A stretch of DNA of 63,115 bases, the filler included, from Octopus bimaculoides (taxonomy: Eukaryota), in assembly GCF_001194135.2 (NCBI RefSeq). It is 3 parts of 3 records of this genome, joined end to end, with 100 filler letters (N's around TTAATTAATTAA, not from the genome) between each part and the next. Parts side by side here need not be neighbours in the genome. Positions count along the whole stretch, not along the records: positions 56,261 to 63,115 come from NC_068986.1; 2 more parts are not named here. The stretch is one strand, 5' to 3'. The position numbers and the translations under genes were made by a program. Of this stretch, positions 61,367 through 63,115 are shown one piece after another. Position 1 is the stretch's first letter; every line of letters begins with the position of its first letter. The notes under the pieces are model-generated. The model did no database searches. It saw only the letters and a list, made by a program, of their open reading frames with translations, and had not been told where the DNA came from.

Positions 61367-62795
61367 AAGAATAAAATGGTGTAAAACAATGTAATCTTCT
61401 TTTCAGGGAAATGAAGAAATGAAACTCATCAATAAGACATTTTAACAGAAAATGATGGATATGTAGAGTGATTAACTGAACGCTGTTAAGTTTGTTTTAA
61501 AAAAAAAACGTTAGAGGATATAACGTCAAAGGTAGCCTATAGAAAGAGGAGAGGTAAAAGAAAGAAAAAAACCAAATAAATGAGAGGTATATAACTATAT
61601 GTATATTAAATAAAACCCTATAGTCTTGGAAAAAGATATAGCTAGTGAATGTGAAATGTAAGAAGAAAATTAATGTTTAAATTCTATATAATGATAGACA
61701 TCACTTATATGAACTAAAGGTGTGTTTCTGCCAATGTTTACATCGGTATGCACGCTCTATAACCGTGTTTACAATTTGTCTTCTTATTGGAGGCAAATTA
61801 AATCTAATCTTCATTAGCAGTTTCGTGAAGCTATCATTAGGAATTTTACAAAGAATTCTATATATTACTCTATTATCAACTCACACACGGTTAGGATTGG
61901 TTTTTCCGACACAAAAAATCTTTTACAAATTATCTCTTCACATATTAGCCTGTTAAATAGTGATACATTTACTAAAACTAACATTAACTTAGCTAATACC
62001 ATCCATCCCCCAAGAAATATTTATAACAAGGTTATTGGATCTGAAGTCAATTACAGCAGAATCAAGTTTATGTCAAGTAACTCTAAAATTAAAAATTCTA
62101 TATATCAGTGTAAAATTACTTCTGGTAATGAAGTACGTTTTTTTATATAGGCAGCTCATCTTCTCAGTTATCTAAAAGAATCTTTAATCATTACTCTACA
62201 TTTAGGGATAGGAATAAACATAACAGTACAGGGCTTAGTAAAATAATTTGGTATCTAAAAGACCAAAATAAACAATTTAATTTAGATTGGTTGATTCTCT
62301 CAATTTCGATACCATATGATAAAGGCAAGGAATTCTGTCTTCTCTGTAATTCTGATCTTTTTAATTCTTCTTTTCTAAAAATCCCCTTGTAAACACGGTT
62401 ATAGAGCGTGCATAGCGATATAAACATTGGCAGAAACACACCTTTAGTTCATATAAGTGATATCTATCACTATATATAATTTAAACATTAATTTTCTTCT
62501 TACATTTCACATTCACTAGATATAACTTTTTCCAAGACTATAGGGTTTTATTTAATTTACATATCGTTATATACCTCTCATTTATTTGGTTTTTTTCTTT
62601 CCTTTACCCCCACCTCCTTCTATAGGCTACATTTGACGTTATATCCTCTAACGTTTTTTTTAAAAACAAACTTAATAGCGTTCAGTTAATCACTCTACAT
62701 ATCCATCATTTTCTGCTGAAATGTCTTATTGACGAGTTTTATTTCCTCATTTCCCTGCAGAGAAGATTACATTGTTTTACACCATTTTATTTCTT
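61367..62795. repeat. Long inverted repeat: arms 61367-61774 and 62387-62795, 612-bp spacer
   Basis: The arms are collinear reverse complements throughout. One 60-bp block counted by hand (61381-61440 vs 62721-62780) matched at 55/60. Confidence 0.95.
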
Positions 62796-63115
62796 TGGAA
62801 TAATACCAGTGATATCTTCGAAACATGTGTCGGAAGTAAAAGAATTTGAATAACACCTGCGTTTAACTCCATTTATTTATTTATATATATTATACAAAAT
62901 ATTTCACGTAAACCCGGAATTTCGGCATTTAAAAACAAGTAGTTACAACCTTTTTATTTGTGCAATTTTTTGCAACCCTGGTAACTATTTATCTATTTTT
63001 CCGTGTTAATTGTTAACAAGGGAAAAATACACACACACATGTATGTATGTATGTATGTATGTATGTATGTATGTATGTATGTATGTATGTATGTATGTAT
63101 ATATATATATATATA

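Overview
AT-rich, microsatellite-dense eukaryotic genomic DNA from a short-read draft assembly; nearly every N gap is flanked by a microsatellite. The repeat families look like those of coleoid cephalopods (Octopus-like), but that assignment is from recall and not verified. There is no intact long ORF, rRNA, genuine tRNA gene or CRISPR array. The window is mostly decayed mobile DNA: at least eight fragments of R4/Dong-like RLE non-LTR retrotransposons, several of them abutting (AAT)n tracts, plus RTE-like and L1/Tx1-like RT fragments, a Helitron helicase remnant, an internally deleted mariner, a hAT-type MITE, an LTR-derived mini-element and many tRNA-derived SINEs. The most interesting items are: a tRNA-headed short element carrying a minimal type I hammerhead-ribozyme fold (44402-44686); a three-deep stack of R4-like elements separated by (AAT)n (19710-21420); a TG..CA element with two tRNA-Ser primer-binding sites (8812-9088); a roughly 410-bp-arm inverted repeat (61367-62795); and a 24-bp-arm palindrome (59891-59939). 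Candidate host micro-exons exist on both strands but remain unproven. Most boundaries of decayed repeats are approximate.
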